From an uncultured delta proteobacterium (lineage in GTDB: Bacteria; Desulfobacterota; Desulfobacteria; Desulfobacterales; B30-G6), in assembly GCA_963823335.1 (NCBI GenBank), contig CAWGLD010000001.1:1632001-1696000 (forward strand): 64,000 bases of DNA, in the 5' to 3' direction. The position numbers and the translations under genes were made by a program. The notes under the pieces were generated by a model that saw only the letters and a program-made list of their open reading frames with translations, was not told where the DNA came from and did no database searches. Positions 48,346-58,998 of this stretch are shown here, in pieces. Position 1 is the stretch's first letter. Each line of letters starts with the position of its first letter.

Positions 48346-49290
48346 TTAAACCTTCGGGCGCGGCAGGACCTTTGCCTGCTCGGCAATTTCCGGGACTTTG
48401 TGCTCCCACTCGATGGCCATGAGATGAACGCCGGCAACCCCTTTCATCTCCTTGAACTCCTCGATCTGCTCACAGGCGGCCTTGATGCCTTCTGCCGCGA
48501 CCTTTCCTTTTTCAGCTCCCTGGAGTCGTTTGATAACCTCGTCCGGTACATCCATCCCAGGCACCTTGCTCTTCATATACTTGGCCATACCGACACTCTT
48601 CATGGGTGTGACACCTGCCAGGATGTAGACTTTTTCAGTCAAGCCCATATCGTTGGCCCGCTTGATGAATTCTCTGAATTTATCCATGTTGTAGATGCAC
48701 TGGGTCTGGATGAAATCGACACCGGCACTGATCTTCTTGGCCAGTCTGTGAACGCGCCACTCAAAAGGGTCGGCAAACGGGTTGGCAGCCGCACCGATAA
48801 ACATCTTGGGGGCGATTTCCAGGTCGGCACCACCCAAGAATTTGCTTTCGTCACGCATTTTTTTGACCATGCCGATGAGTTGGATGGAATCGATATCAAA
48901 AACACCTTTTGCCTGGGGATGGTCGCCGAATTTTTGATGGTCGCCGGAGAGGCACAGCATGTTCTTGATACCGTGGGCTGAAGCCCCCAGGATGTCGGAC
49001 TGCATGGCCAGACGATTCCGGTCGCGGCATACCATTTGAAAATTGGGTTCCAGACCCTCCTGCATGATCAGAAGACTGGCTGCCCAGCTGGACATCCGTA
49101 CCATGGCCGTCTGGTTGTCGGTAATGTTGACCGCGTCCACCACTCCTTTCAGGTGTTTCGCTTTTTCCCTTACTTCCTCGGCATTGGAACCCCGCGGCGG
49201 ACCAAGTTCGCCTGTAAATGCAAAATGACCGGCCCGCAAGATTTTTTCCAAGTTACTTCCTGATTTGAAACCGTTTTCCTCTGTGCTCAT
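48346..49290 (-). CDS. metF: Methylenetetrahydrofolate reductase
   Basis: TGELGPP, NITDN, CRDRNRLAMQSD, LSGD, FIQTQ, GVHLM. Confidence 0.95.
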   Translation of the reverse strand: MSTEENGFKSGSNLEKILRAGHFAFTGELGPPRGSNAEEVREKAKHLKGVVDAVNITDNQTAMVRMSSWAASLLIMQEGLEPNFQMVCRDRNRLAMQSDILGASAHGIKNMLCLSGDHQKFGDHPQAKGVFDIDSIQLIGMVKKMRDESKFLGGADLEIAPKMFIGAAANPFADPFEWRVHRLAKKISAGVDFIQTQCIYNMDKFREFIKRANDMGLTEKVYILAGVTPMKSVGMAKYMKSKVPGMDVPDEVIKRLQGAEKGKVAAEGIKAACEQIEEFKEMKGVAGVHLMAIEWEHKVPEIAEQAKVLPRPKV

Positions 49291-49344
49291 ATGCATCACC
49301 TTATGTCAGATAAATGGTCATCCCTTTAAATGTGTTATGCGATT

Positions 49345-50025
49345 CTATTTTGTGTTGGCTTTCTCAGGTTTTTTATATCCCGGCTGGATCAACGTCCTGG
49401 GAACCTGGTCGTTCCATCCCACAGGCTCCTTGATACTGAGAATACAATCAAGGCGATCCTGAGTTGCCAGACGTTCGTAGATTCTGAACCAGGCACAGGG
49501 CTGATCGTCACTGATTTCACAGTTGCCGTCATTGGTTCCGCCACAGGGGCCGTTGTAAAGACCCTTGGCGCACATGGTAACGGGACAGATACCGCCCGTC
49601 ATTCCCAGAACACATTCACCGCAGGATCGGCAGCGTTCCTCGTACCATCCTACTGCCAGGTTGGCGGACATGCCGGTGGTATCCACCGCCGGGTAGACGG
49701 GGATACCCGGAAAACGTTCCGCTAAAAACTGGATACCGACCCCGCAGGCCATGGACAGAATGGCATCGTAATTCTTGGCAATGGGGTCGAAGGGCTCCAG
49801 GTATTCCACATCACACTGCCGTTCCACGGTGATGGTGCCGGTTTCCAGAGGCTTGTTTTCAAGTCTTCTGGCCATGTCGAGCTCTGCATTCAGGACATCG
49901 ACTTCCTTTTCGCCGCCCGCAAGGCAGACGGCCACACAGGTTCCGCACCCGGCGATGAGGACCTTTTTATGCCCTTTGAGCAGTTCTTTTATCTCGTCAA
50001 ACGGTTTCCTTTTGGCGACTATCAT
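49345..50025 (-). CDS. metV: Methylene-THF reductase small subunit MetV
   Basis: GCGTCVAVC, ERQC, ACGVG, CRSCGECVL..TGGICPVTMCAKGLYNGPCGG. Confidence 0.92.
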   Translation of the reverse strand: MIVAKRKPFDEIKELLKGHKKVLIAGCGTCVAVCLAGGEKEVDVLNAELDMARRLENKPLETGTITVERQCDVEYLEPFDPIAKNYDAILSMACGVGIQFLAERFPGIPVYPAVDTTGMSANLAVGWYEERCRSCGECVLGMTGGICPVTMCAKGLYNGPCGGTNDGNCEISDDQPCAWFRIYERLATQDRLDCILSIKEPVGWNDQVPRTLIQPGYKKPEKANTK

Positions 50026-50033
50026 GTTTCCTC

Positions 50034-51353
50034 CTACATCTCCGATTCGGGATGAAATACGTCGACATCCTTTAGATCATCTCCCAGATAAGCCCGTTCG
50101 TTGGGTCCCAGGATGCCCAGGGAGAGGCAGATCAGGGTCCATAGGTGAACCGTTTCCCAGGCATGGTCGCGTTGATCCGCCAGATCGTGGACCTGGGCGT
50201 GGCAGTTGTGACACGGCGTGATGCAGTAACTAGCCTGGGTGGCCAGGATCTGGTCAGCCTTGCATTTTCCATAGGCGCGGCGCTCTTCCGGGTATCCGGA
50301 TTGGAGGAACCCGCCTCCACCACCGCAGCAGTAATTATTCGAGCGATTCGGGTACATTTCGACGAAATTCTCTTCACCCACCACGGCTTTGACCACGTAG
50401 CGCAGATCCTCGGCAACAGGGTCCCCAAAGGATTTCCGCACCAGCTGACACGGGTCCTGTACCGTAAATTTGACCTGGCGTTCCCGGTTCCACTCGGAAC
50501 TGACCTTGAGTTTGCCATCGCGAATCCATTCGGCGTAGTATTGAATGATGCTCTTGATTTCGAAGTTGAAATCTATCTTGAATTTTTTCAGTCCGGCCCG
50601 GACTGCGAAAAGTTCGTGCCCTCACTCGGTATTGAGCCAGACCGCGCACCCGAGATCCTGCACCGCTTTTGCTTTTATACGCACGATTTTTTCCCAGTTT
50701 TCGTTGTCGGCCATGAACATACAATAGTTTTCGGCCGCCCAGCCCTTGGTCCCGTAAGTCCAATCAGCCCCGACAAGATTGAGGATTTTCCATAAGGGCA
50801 CCATTTCATCCGGTTCCGTGACCGGTTCGCGGGAGTTCTGGTTCAGAAAAAATTTAGCTCCTTTCTTGTTGACAGGTGCCTGCATGTCCTTGAACTCCGG
50901 TTGGCTTTCCTGATACTCTTCAAGCACATCCTCCACCACGAACTGGAAGTCTTCTTCCGTGGCACCCATGGCGCTGCAGGTGTCGTTACGAAGTGCCATA
51001 TCACAGGACCCCACAATTCCCTTGGGGCGCTTCTCTCTCGGCCAGGATCCCCGAGCATTGAAAACGAGCTGGGGAATGTCTATTTTCATGGGACAGACAT
51101 AGATGCAGCGTTGGCACATGCTGCACCACCACGGCCATTCAGACTTCAGAATTTCTTCATCCATTCCGAGTGCCGCCATACGTAAAAATTTACGGGGGTC
51201 CATGCCCCCGATTCCCGTGGCAGGGCATCCCGAAGAGCAGGCACCGCAGGTCAGACAAAGATTCAGGTTTCCTCCTTCAGGGAGTAGATCCTTTACCTTG
51301 TCCAGAAAGATGCTCTTCTTTTTCCCGCCAAGTTTAATTGCTTCTTCAGCCAT
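50034..51353 (-). CDS. Selenocysteine-containing HdrD-like protein (2x[4Fe-4S] plus CCG domains)
   Basis: Single 1320-bp frame across TGA 50622-50624: WLNTE-U-GHELF (ECGH motif); CLTCGACSSGC, CSMCQRCIYVC, QDPC, CCGGGGG, PCHNC. Confidence 0.92.
50585..50621 (-). promoter_or_regulatory. SECIS element (hdrD-like)
   Basis: CAGTCCGG-G-CCGGACTG hairpin 16 nt after the UGA. Confidence 0.8.
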
Positions 51354-51368
51354 GTTCGTTCCTCCGTT

Positions 51369-51791
51369 TTAGGCTTTCCCCGATTCCTTTAATGGATTGG
51401 GTCCCATCGCCTTGATATTTTCTGTCATTTCCTTGGCGTAGGCCGCAAAGGTCGGTCCTTCGCCAGAAGAAAGATTATACATTCTAACCCTGTCCGCTTC
51501 AAGGCCTATTTCCTCCAGGAGCATGCGTACGTGCTCGACCCGTTCACGGGCCCTGAAATTACCTTCGTTGTAGTGACAGGACCCTTCCAGGCAACCCACC
51601 ACATAAACACCGTCCGCCCCCTTCTGGATTGATCTGAGGAGGTACATGACATCCACTTTTCCGGTACAGGGTACGCGGATTATCTTGATGTTTGCCGGAT
51701 AGTCGAGCCGCATGGAACCTGCCAGGTCCGCTGCCGAATATCCTCAATAATCACAACAAAATGCGATAATCGTCGGTTCAAATTCCGTCAT
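51369..51791 (-). CDS. mvhD: Selenocysteine-containing MvhD/FlpD [2Fe-2S] subunit
   Basis: [29 protein letters not shown] across TGA 51744-51746; PCTGK, GCLEGSCHY; ATG overlaps the upstream stop. Confidence 0.94.
51705..51743 (-). promoter_or_regulatory. SECIS element (mvhD)
   Basis: GGACCTG-G-CAGGTTCC hairpin about 14 nt after the UGA. Confidence 0.7.
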
Positions 51792-54700
51792 TATAGGCCT
51801 CCTGCCAGTAGCGCGTCTATTTTACAGAGAATCTGGTCGTCTTCATAATAATTCAAGCTGATGGCCTGACGCGGGCAAACCGAGGCACAGACGCCGCAGC
51901 CGTGACACATGGCTTCGTCGATGACGATTTCTCCTTTTTCGATATCGAACTTGGGCACGTCAAAGGGACACGAGCGGACACAGGTCAGGCATTTGACGCA
52001 GTGTTCCACATCCACCTTGGCCGTGATGGCCGACAGCTTGATTTCATCTTTTGAAAGAAAGGTCATGGCCCTGGAGGCGGCAGCCTGGGCCTGGGCAATG
52101 GTTTCGGATATCAATTTTGGCGCATGGGCGGTACCGCACAGGAAGGTGGCATCGCTTCCCATGTCCACAGGTCTGAGTTTTACGTGGGCTTCAATGAAAA
52201 AACCCTCGGGATTCCGGTTCAGTTTCATGGTCTGGCTCAGTTCTTCCGTGTCGGCAGCTGCAACCCCGGCGCTGAGCACCAGCAGATCCGAGCGGATCTG
52301 GATCGGTAGCTGGAGCACGTGATCTTTGACGGTAACCAGCAGACCATCGTCAGTGGCTGTGACCTCGGGTGGTTGGTCCTTTTCGAAGCGAACGAAGATG
52401 ACGCCTTTTTGCCTGGCTTTGGTGTAATAATCCTCCAGCAATCCATATGTCCGCATGTCTCGATACAGGATAAATACCTGGGTATCGGGGCTGGCCTCCT
52501 TGATGGCCAGCGCATTCTTAACGGCCGATTGGCAGCAGATTCTAGAACAGTTGGGGTTTTCTTCGTTCCGCGAGCCCACACACTGGATCATGGTGACGCA
52601 CTCTAGCTTTTCAGCACCCTCGTTATGGAGGTGGTCTGTCAGTTCCACCTGGGTTTTGACACGCTCGTCCGTGCCGTAGAGATATTCCTTGGGTTCATAT
52701 TCATTGGCGCCGGTGGCCACCAGGATGACGCCATGTTCGATGACCCTGGGTTCCCGCATTGGGCCGACACCGATTTCGGTGGCGAAGTTACCCTGGAAAC
52801 CGTCAGAGGACATCACGACGGCGTTCGTCACGATGTCGATATTTTCCCGGGCGTTCACGGTTTCGATGAGTTCTTTTAAATAGTGCTGAATGTCTGCACC
52901 TTCGATGGTATGGTGGAGCCTGCGCGCCATTCCTCCCAGTTCGGGTCCTTTTTCGAGGAGGGTTACGGGAAGACCCTGTTTACTGATATTCAGGGCGGCA
53001 TTCATACCGGCGATACCACCGCCTATCACCAGGGCACGCTTGTTGACGCCGATAATTTTTTCCTTCAGCGGTCTCAGACGACTGGCGCGTGCCACGGCCA
53101 TCCGTACCAGATCCTTCGCCTTCTGGGTGGCGATGTCGGGATTGTTTGCATGTACCCAGGAGTTGTGATTACGGATGTTGGCCATCTCGAAGAGGTATTT
53201 ATTGAGGCCGCAGGCTTCCAGGGTTTCCATAAACATGGGCGCATGTGTTTTGGGGCTGCACGATGCCACCACCACCCGGTTCAGTTTTTCTTCCTTGATC
53301 TTTTTCTTGATGTCTTCCTGGGTATCCTGACTGCAGGTAAATAGGTTGTTATCCGTGTATACGACGTCGGGCAGGGTGGCGGCATAGGCCTGGACACCCG
53401 GTACGTCCACCACACCGCCGATGTTGATACCGCAGTTGCACACAAAGACACCGATTCTGGGTTCTTCCTCGCTGACGTCGAGTTCTTCGATCAGGGCGAT
53501 CTTTTTGATGTGCTTGCCTCTGGCTTCCGCAATATCCATACCGGCGGCACTTGCGGCAGCGCTGGCTTCCGTGACAGACGAGGGAATATCCTTGGGTCCC
53601 TGGAAGATGCCACAGGTGTAAACACCGGGTCGCGACGTTGCAACCGGTGTAAAGGGATCCGTGTTCACAAAATTGTAATGATTGAGGTCAATTTCGAGTC
53701 GTCTGGCAAGTTCGACGGATGCTTCGCCGACCTGCAGCCCCACGGACAGTACCAGCATGTCGAAAATCTCTTCCTGCATCTGCCCGGATTCATCCGCAAA
53801 GGTCACTTTCAGATTGCGGCTTTCAGGATCGTCGGCTATGGTGTGTACCCGGGCTTTGACAAAGCGCACCCCCTCCCTGTTTTTGGCCCGATCGTAGTAT
53901 TTTTCATAATCCTTGCCAAACGTGCGAATATCCATGTAGAAAACAGTGCAGTCCAGATCCTCTCCGGCGTGCTCCTTGGCGATCATGGCATCCTTGACGG
54001 CGTACATGCAGCAAACCGAGCTGCAGTAGCCATTACCGCAGCGGTTGGTGTCACGCGAGCCCACGCATTGCAGCCAGGCAATATTTTTGGGTTCTTTCTC
54101 GTCCGAGGGTCTTACAAGATGACCCATGGTCGGTCCGGAAGCGCTCAATATGCGTTCAAATTCCAGACTGGTCATGACATTCGGGTTGACACCGTAGTGA
54201 TAGAATTCCTTCAGACCGCTGGGGTCGTACAGGTCTGTTCCAGAGGAAAGAATGACCGAGCCGACCTTGATTTCTTTGTCTACCGGTGTCTGGTCATGGT
54301 CCACCGCTTCTGCCAGACAGGCCTTGACGCACTGGTAGCATTCCGAGCAGATACCGCATTCCAGGCATCGCTGGGCTTCGGTTTTTGCTTCGGTTTCATC
54401 ATAACCGAATGAGACTTCCAGAAAATTACATTCCCGGGCTTCGGGGGCCAGGCAGCGCACAGGCGTGCGGGCTTTTTTAGGCTCGTTTTCTAGATCGGGT
54501 TTTTCAAATTCCCAGTTCTTTTCACGGTCTGCTGCCAGGTCCTGGCCGTTCAGAAAGCGGTGAATGCTCTCGGCGGCTTCTTTACCGCAGGAGACGGCAT
54601 CCACCACGGATTTGGGGCCATAGAAGGCATCACCACCGGCAAAAACCCAATCGATCCCTGTCTGGAGAGTCAAGGGATCCGCTTCGAGTCCACCTCTGGG

Positions 54701-56221
54701 TGTGACGGGAATTCCCTGGGCCTTGATGAGTTCGAGCTGCGCGCTCTGGCCGATGGCGACAATCACCGTGTCCCCAAAAAACGGCTGGCAGGCATTGTCA
54801 TCATATTGTGGGTTGAATCGACCCCCTTCATCAAAAACGGTCGTACAGGTTTTGAACTCGATTCCGGAAACCTTGCTGGTCTTGTCGATGAAAAAGGATT
54901 TGGGGCCGAAACTGTTGACGATCTGGATATCGCTTTCCAGGGCTTCTTCGATTTCGTGCTGCCAGGCCGGCATTTCATCCCGTGCTTCAAGACAGATCAA
55001 AGTGACGTTTTTGGCACCTTTGCGTTTGGCGGTCAGGGCGACATCGATGGCCACGTTTCCGCCGCCCACCACAACCACGTCTTCACCGATGGCAACATCT
55101 TTGCCCAGGGCGCAGTCCCTCAGAAAGTCGACACCCTGAAGAACGCCTTCGGCATCTTCGTTTTCGACACCGAGCTTACGGCCGCCGTGCAGACCTATGG
55201 CCAGAAAGACGGCGGAAAATCCATCTTTTTTCAGACTTTCAAGCGTGATATCTTGGCCAAACGTCACACCGGTCTTTATCTCGACACCCATTTTCTGAAT
55301 GACGCGAATTTCGTCGGCCAGAAGATCTCTGGGGAGACGATATTCGGGAATTCCCACGGCCATCATGCCGCCGGTGACAGGGAGTTTTTCATATATGGTT
55401 ACCTGGTAACCCTGTCTGGCCAGACAGTAGGCGGTTGTCAGGCCCGCGGGTCCGGATCCGATAATGGCCACTTTTTCTTTCCGGGCCTCGGCCACTTCCG
55501 GTATATACCAGTCACCCTGCTGCCGCTCGTAGTCCGCCAGAAAGCGATGCAGCTCCCGGATGGCAAGTGGCTGATCCACGTCGTTACGGGTACAGATCTC
55601 CTCGCAGGGGTGATGGCAGACCCTGCCGCAGATACCGGGGAAAGGATGCTCCTGCTTGAAGAGTTCAAGGGCTTCCCTGTTTTTGCCCTGGTTGATAAGG
55701 GCGATATAGCCCTGGATGCTCACATGTGCGGGGCAGGTGGCCTTGCATGGCGCGGTACCACGTTTTTCGATACCATAGGCACCAGGAATGGCCTGGGGAT
55801 ATTTCTTGAAAGCGGCTTTGCGTGTCGAGAGCCCTTCATCATATTCGTTGGAGCATGTAATGGGGCAGACCTTGGCACACTCGCCACAGCTGGTGCACTT
55901 GTCCGGGTCGATGAAGCGGGGTGTCTGGTGAACTTTTGCCGTAAAATTACCGGGTTCCCCCTTCAGATCCACCAGTTCCGTGTTGGTGAGCAGTTCGATG
56001 TTTAGATGCCGGCCGACCTCGACCAGTTTCGGTGAAATGACTCACATGGCACAGTCATTGGTGGGGAAGGTCTTGTCCAGTTGGGACATGAGCCCGCCAA
56101 TGGCTGATGATTTTTCGACCAGATAAACATAATAGCCGGATTCGGCCAGATCCAGGGCTGACTGCATCCCCGCGATTCCGCCGCCGACCACCATTGTCGC
56201 ACCTATTATATCCTTAGGCAT
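51791..56221 (-). CDS. hdrA: Selenocysteine-containing large HdrA (HdrL-type) with inserted GltD/NfnB-like NAD(P)/FAD module
   Basis: 1476 aa across TGA 56042-56044: [17 protein letters not shown]; insert [51 protein letters not shown]; second FAD site; C-terminal ferredoxin. Confidence 0.93.
56005..56041 (-). promoter_or_regulatory. SECIS element (hdrA/L)
   Basis: CTGGTCG-AGGT-CGGCCGG hairpin 15 nt after the UGA. Confidence 0.75.
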
Positions 56222-56649
56222 GGTTAGCTTCTCCTGAGTGTTCTGGTTGGGTTTATTTTTCCAAATCGTTGTCAGGGACGAGACACAACAAGGCGCTTCA
56301 AGGGGGCCTTGTCCACCTTTTGCCTGTCCACCACGCAAACCAAAAAGAATGTGTATATAACGGACAACGCCTTGTCAATAAAAATTGAACGTTTAAATTC
56401 CCTGTCTCGGTATCTATCCGGCATGGAGGCCGGGCTGTCACCGAGAACCTTTTAATTGCTTGAAATACAGATATAATTTTGTTTAATGTTTCGTTTTGTA
56501 AACGCTGTTATCAATCCAATTCTTTGCTTGCAAGATCTGGATTATATGATTATGTTGCTCTGCGCAGAACAACATCTGGTTATATGGATTGTATACAAGA
56601 GATATTCATCCAAAAGAAGGCAATTCAACAACGTGAAAGCGAGTATAAA

Positions 56650-58239
56650 ATGTCACAAGACAATTACAGATCCTGGCCTTTCAAAGAGGCGTTAAAACTG
56701 CAAAAACGGTATGCCGAACCTCCTTCAGGGCCGGTAAAATTCGAAACCGGATTCGGACCCAGCGGTCTGCCTCATATCGGCACCTTTGCGGAAGTGGCCC
56801 GCACCACATGGGTGCGCCAGGCTTTTGAATTCCAGACCCGTTGGCCCACGGAGCTCATCGCCTTCAGCGACGACATGGACGGTTTGCGGAAAGTACCGTT
56901 GAACATGCCGCAACAGGAGATGCTGAAAGAGAACATCGGCAAGCCTTTGTGCCAAATTCCAGATCCTTTTGGCGAATGTGAAAGCTACAGCGGTTACATG
57001 AACCAGAAGCTGAAACAGTTTCTGGACAGCTATGAATTCGATTACACGTTTCAAAGTTCCCAAGAGGCCTACACCAGGGGTGATTTCAATACAGGTTTGA
57101 CCACCATTCTACAGAATGTGGAGGCCATCAAGTCGATTATACTGCCCACCCTGAGCGAGGGCAAACGGGGGAACTGGTCTCCTTTTTTCCCAGTCTGTGA
57201 AAGCTGTGGCAGGATCAACAGCACGCGTGTTACGGCCTACCATGTGGACAGCAATACCATCGATTATGTCTGTGATCAGGAAGACGGGCTTTTGCAGAGC
57301 TGCCGCCACCACGGCACGGCATCCATATTTGACGGCAATGTCAAGGTAGGTTGGAAGGTGGACTGGGCCCTGCGCTGGTTTGCCTATGACATCGGCTATG
57401 AAATGTACGGCAAGGATCTGATTGAATCGGCAAAACTCTCGGGCAGAATTACGCGCGCCATGGGGAAGCAGCCGCCCACAGGCATCTTCTGTGAGCTTTT
57501 TCTGGATGAAGACGGCCGCAAGATATCCAAAAGTGTGGGCAAGGGCTTGACCATCGACTCCTGGACAACCTACGCCCCCCTGGGGTCGCTGCTCTACTAT
57601 ATATTTCAGAACCCCAAACAGGCCAAACGACTCTACTGGGGGATCGTTCCCAAGTCGGTGGACGAGTACCTGACAGGTTTGAAGCATTACCCGGCCCTGG
57701 AGAAAGAGAAACAGCCGGATTCGCCGATCTGGCATCTTTTCAACATGGGCGAACAAATACCGGTTTACGGGTCGTCCATCAATTTTTCGCTGATCAACAA
57801 CCTGATTTCCGCTGTTGGGGCCGATGACAGGGAGCTGATCATGGAATACCTCAAACGCCATGATCCCGGTCTGAGTGCGTGTCAGGATATTGTTACGGAC
57901 CTGGTGGACAAAGCCATGTCCTATTACCGGGATTTTGTGTTGCCGCTCAAGCGATACCGCAATCCCAGTGCGCAGGAAAAGGAGATGCTGGGACAGCTGC
58001 GCCAGGATCTGGCCGCCTGTGATATTACAGATGACAACGCGTTACAGACCATGCCGTTCGCAGTGGCCCGAATGTTCGAGGTGCAACCCGGAGACTTTTT
58101 CAGGATGTTCTATGAGGTGATTTTCGGCCAGGAGCGGGGTCCCCGTTTCGGCACCTTTGTTCAACTGGTGGGAAAAGACAAGGCGCTTTCCATGCTGGAT
58201 GAGGCCATCAGCCAAAAGCCAAACAGAACAGACTTATGA
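56650..58239 (+). CDS. lysS: Lysine-tRNA ligase, class I
   Basis: ETGFGPSGLPHIGT, WKVDWALRW, EMYGKD, KISKSVG, GPRFG. Confidence 0.95.
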   Translation: MSQDNYRSWPFKEALKLQKRYAEPPSGPVKFETGFGPSGLPHIGTFAEVARTTWVRQAFEFQTRWPTELIAFSDDMDGLRKVPLNMPQQEMLKENIGKPLCQIPDPFGECESYSGYMNQKLKQFLDSYEFDYTFQSSQEAYTRGDFNTGLTTILQNVEAIKSIILPTLSEGKRGNWSPFFPVCESCGRINSTRVTAYHVDSNTIDYVCDQEDGLLQSCRHHGTASIFDGNVKVGWKVDWALRWFAYDIGYEMYGKDLIESAKLSGRITRAMGKQPPTGIFCELFLDEDGRKISKSVGKGLTIDSWTTYAPLGSLLYYIFQNPKQAKRLYWGIVPKSVDEYLTGLKHYPALEKEKQPDSPIWHLFNMGEQIPVYGSSINFSLINNLISAVGADDRELIMEYLKRHDPGLSACQDIVTDLVDKAMSYYRDFVLPLKRYRNPSAQEKEMLGQLRQDLAACDITDDNALQTMPFAVARMFEVQPGDFFRMFYEVIFGQERGPRFGTFVQLVGKDKALSMLDEAISQKPNRTDL

Positions 58240-58246
58240 CAACGGT

Positions 58247-58351
58247 TATATAGGGGTTGTCAGAAAAACGTTCCGATTGAGGACCTTTTTTCTGCTACAA
58301 CCCCTTATGCCGCCATCCTATTTTCGGAACATTATTATGACAAGCGGTATA
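58247..58351. repeat. 105-bp dispersed repeat, copy 2 (inverted)
   Basis: Reverse complement of 956-1060. Confidence 0.9.
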
Positions 58352-58360
58352 ACTATCCCG

Positions 58361-58487
58361 AACCCGTACATTTCACAAACTGATCGGCTCCGGAGCAAGG
58401 CATTTCAGTCTGAAGCCGTAGTGTACTACTGCGAAGACTGAATAACACAGCGCCGGAGTCGATCAGGCCATGTGAAATGTACGGGTT
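58361..58487. mobile_element. MITE-like palindromic element (127 bp)
   Basis: Perfect 17-bp terminal inverted repeats AACCCGTACATTTCACA / TGTGAAATGTACGGGTT with nested stems. Confidence 0.75.
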
Positions 58488-58950
58488 AGCCGTGGCAGGG
58501 CTTGCATGTGCTGGTGGTTTTCGGGTTTCCATGACACCGCTTGCAGGATACGGGGTCAATTCTTCCATCGATTCTGTGCCGCGAAAGGTAGTCGCCGCGA
58601 TGCGGTGTGCGACGATAGGTTCCGGTTGGATCCCTGCGGGACGGGGTTAGTTCGATACCGACCCCATGGCAGGCATCACAGTAGCTCGGCTGGTGACACA
58701 TGCTGCAGACGTTCCGGCTCTGATAGGCCACCAGGCGATGGTCATCCGCAAAAAAAGGTGTGTGGACAAAACGTCTGAAGGGAAAATTCTCATCGGTTTC
58801 ATCGTGGCAGTCCAGACAAAACCGCAGGTCCTCCCCTTCTTCCTGGATATGCCGAATGGGCAGCGATGGCCGTTCTTCGGCGGCGCATGCCAGAAATATT
58901 CCAGTCAAAACAACCACCAGCCCTATCTTCAAAAGTGTATATCGGGTCAT
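58486..58950 (-). CDS. Pentaheme c-type cytochrome lipoprotein
   Basis: Lipobox FLAC; CLDCH, CSMCH, CDACH, CKRCH, CKPCH. Confidence 0.9.
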   Translation of the reverse strand: MTRYTLLKIGLVVVLTGIFLACAAEERPSLPIRHIQEEGEDLRFCLDCHDETDENFPFRRFVHTPFFADDHRLVAYQSRNVCSMCHQPSYCDACHGVGIELTPSRRDPTGTYRRTPHRGDYLSRHRIDGRIDPVSCKRCHGNPKTTSTCKPCHG

Positions 58951-58998
58951 ATGTTTTCCAGAACTGCCCCTGCATGGTTCAAGGCGGGACGCCATCCG

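Noticed and set aside
45854-56044. Four genes that look broken by premature stops (pseudogenes)
   Set aside because: All four stops are TGA, in frame, at conserved Cys positions and followed by hairpins, so selenocysteine recoding is the better explanation
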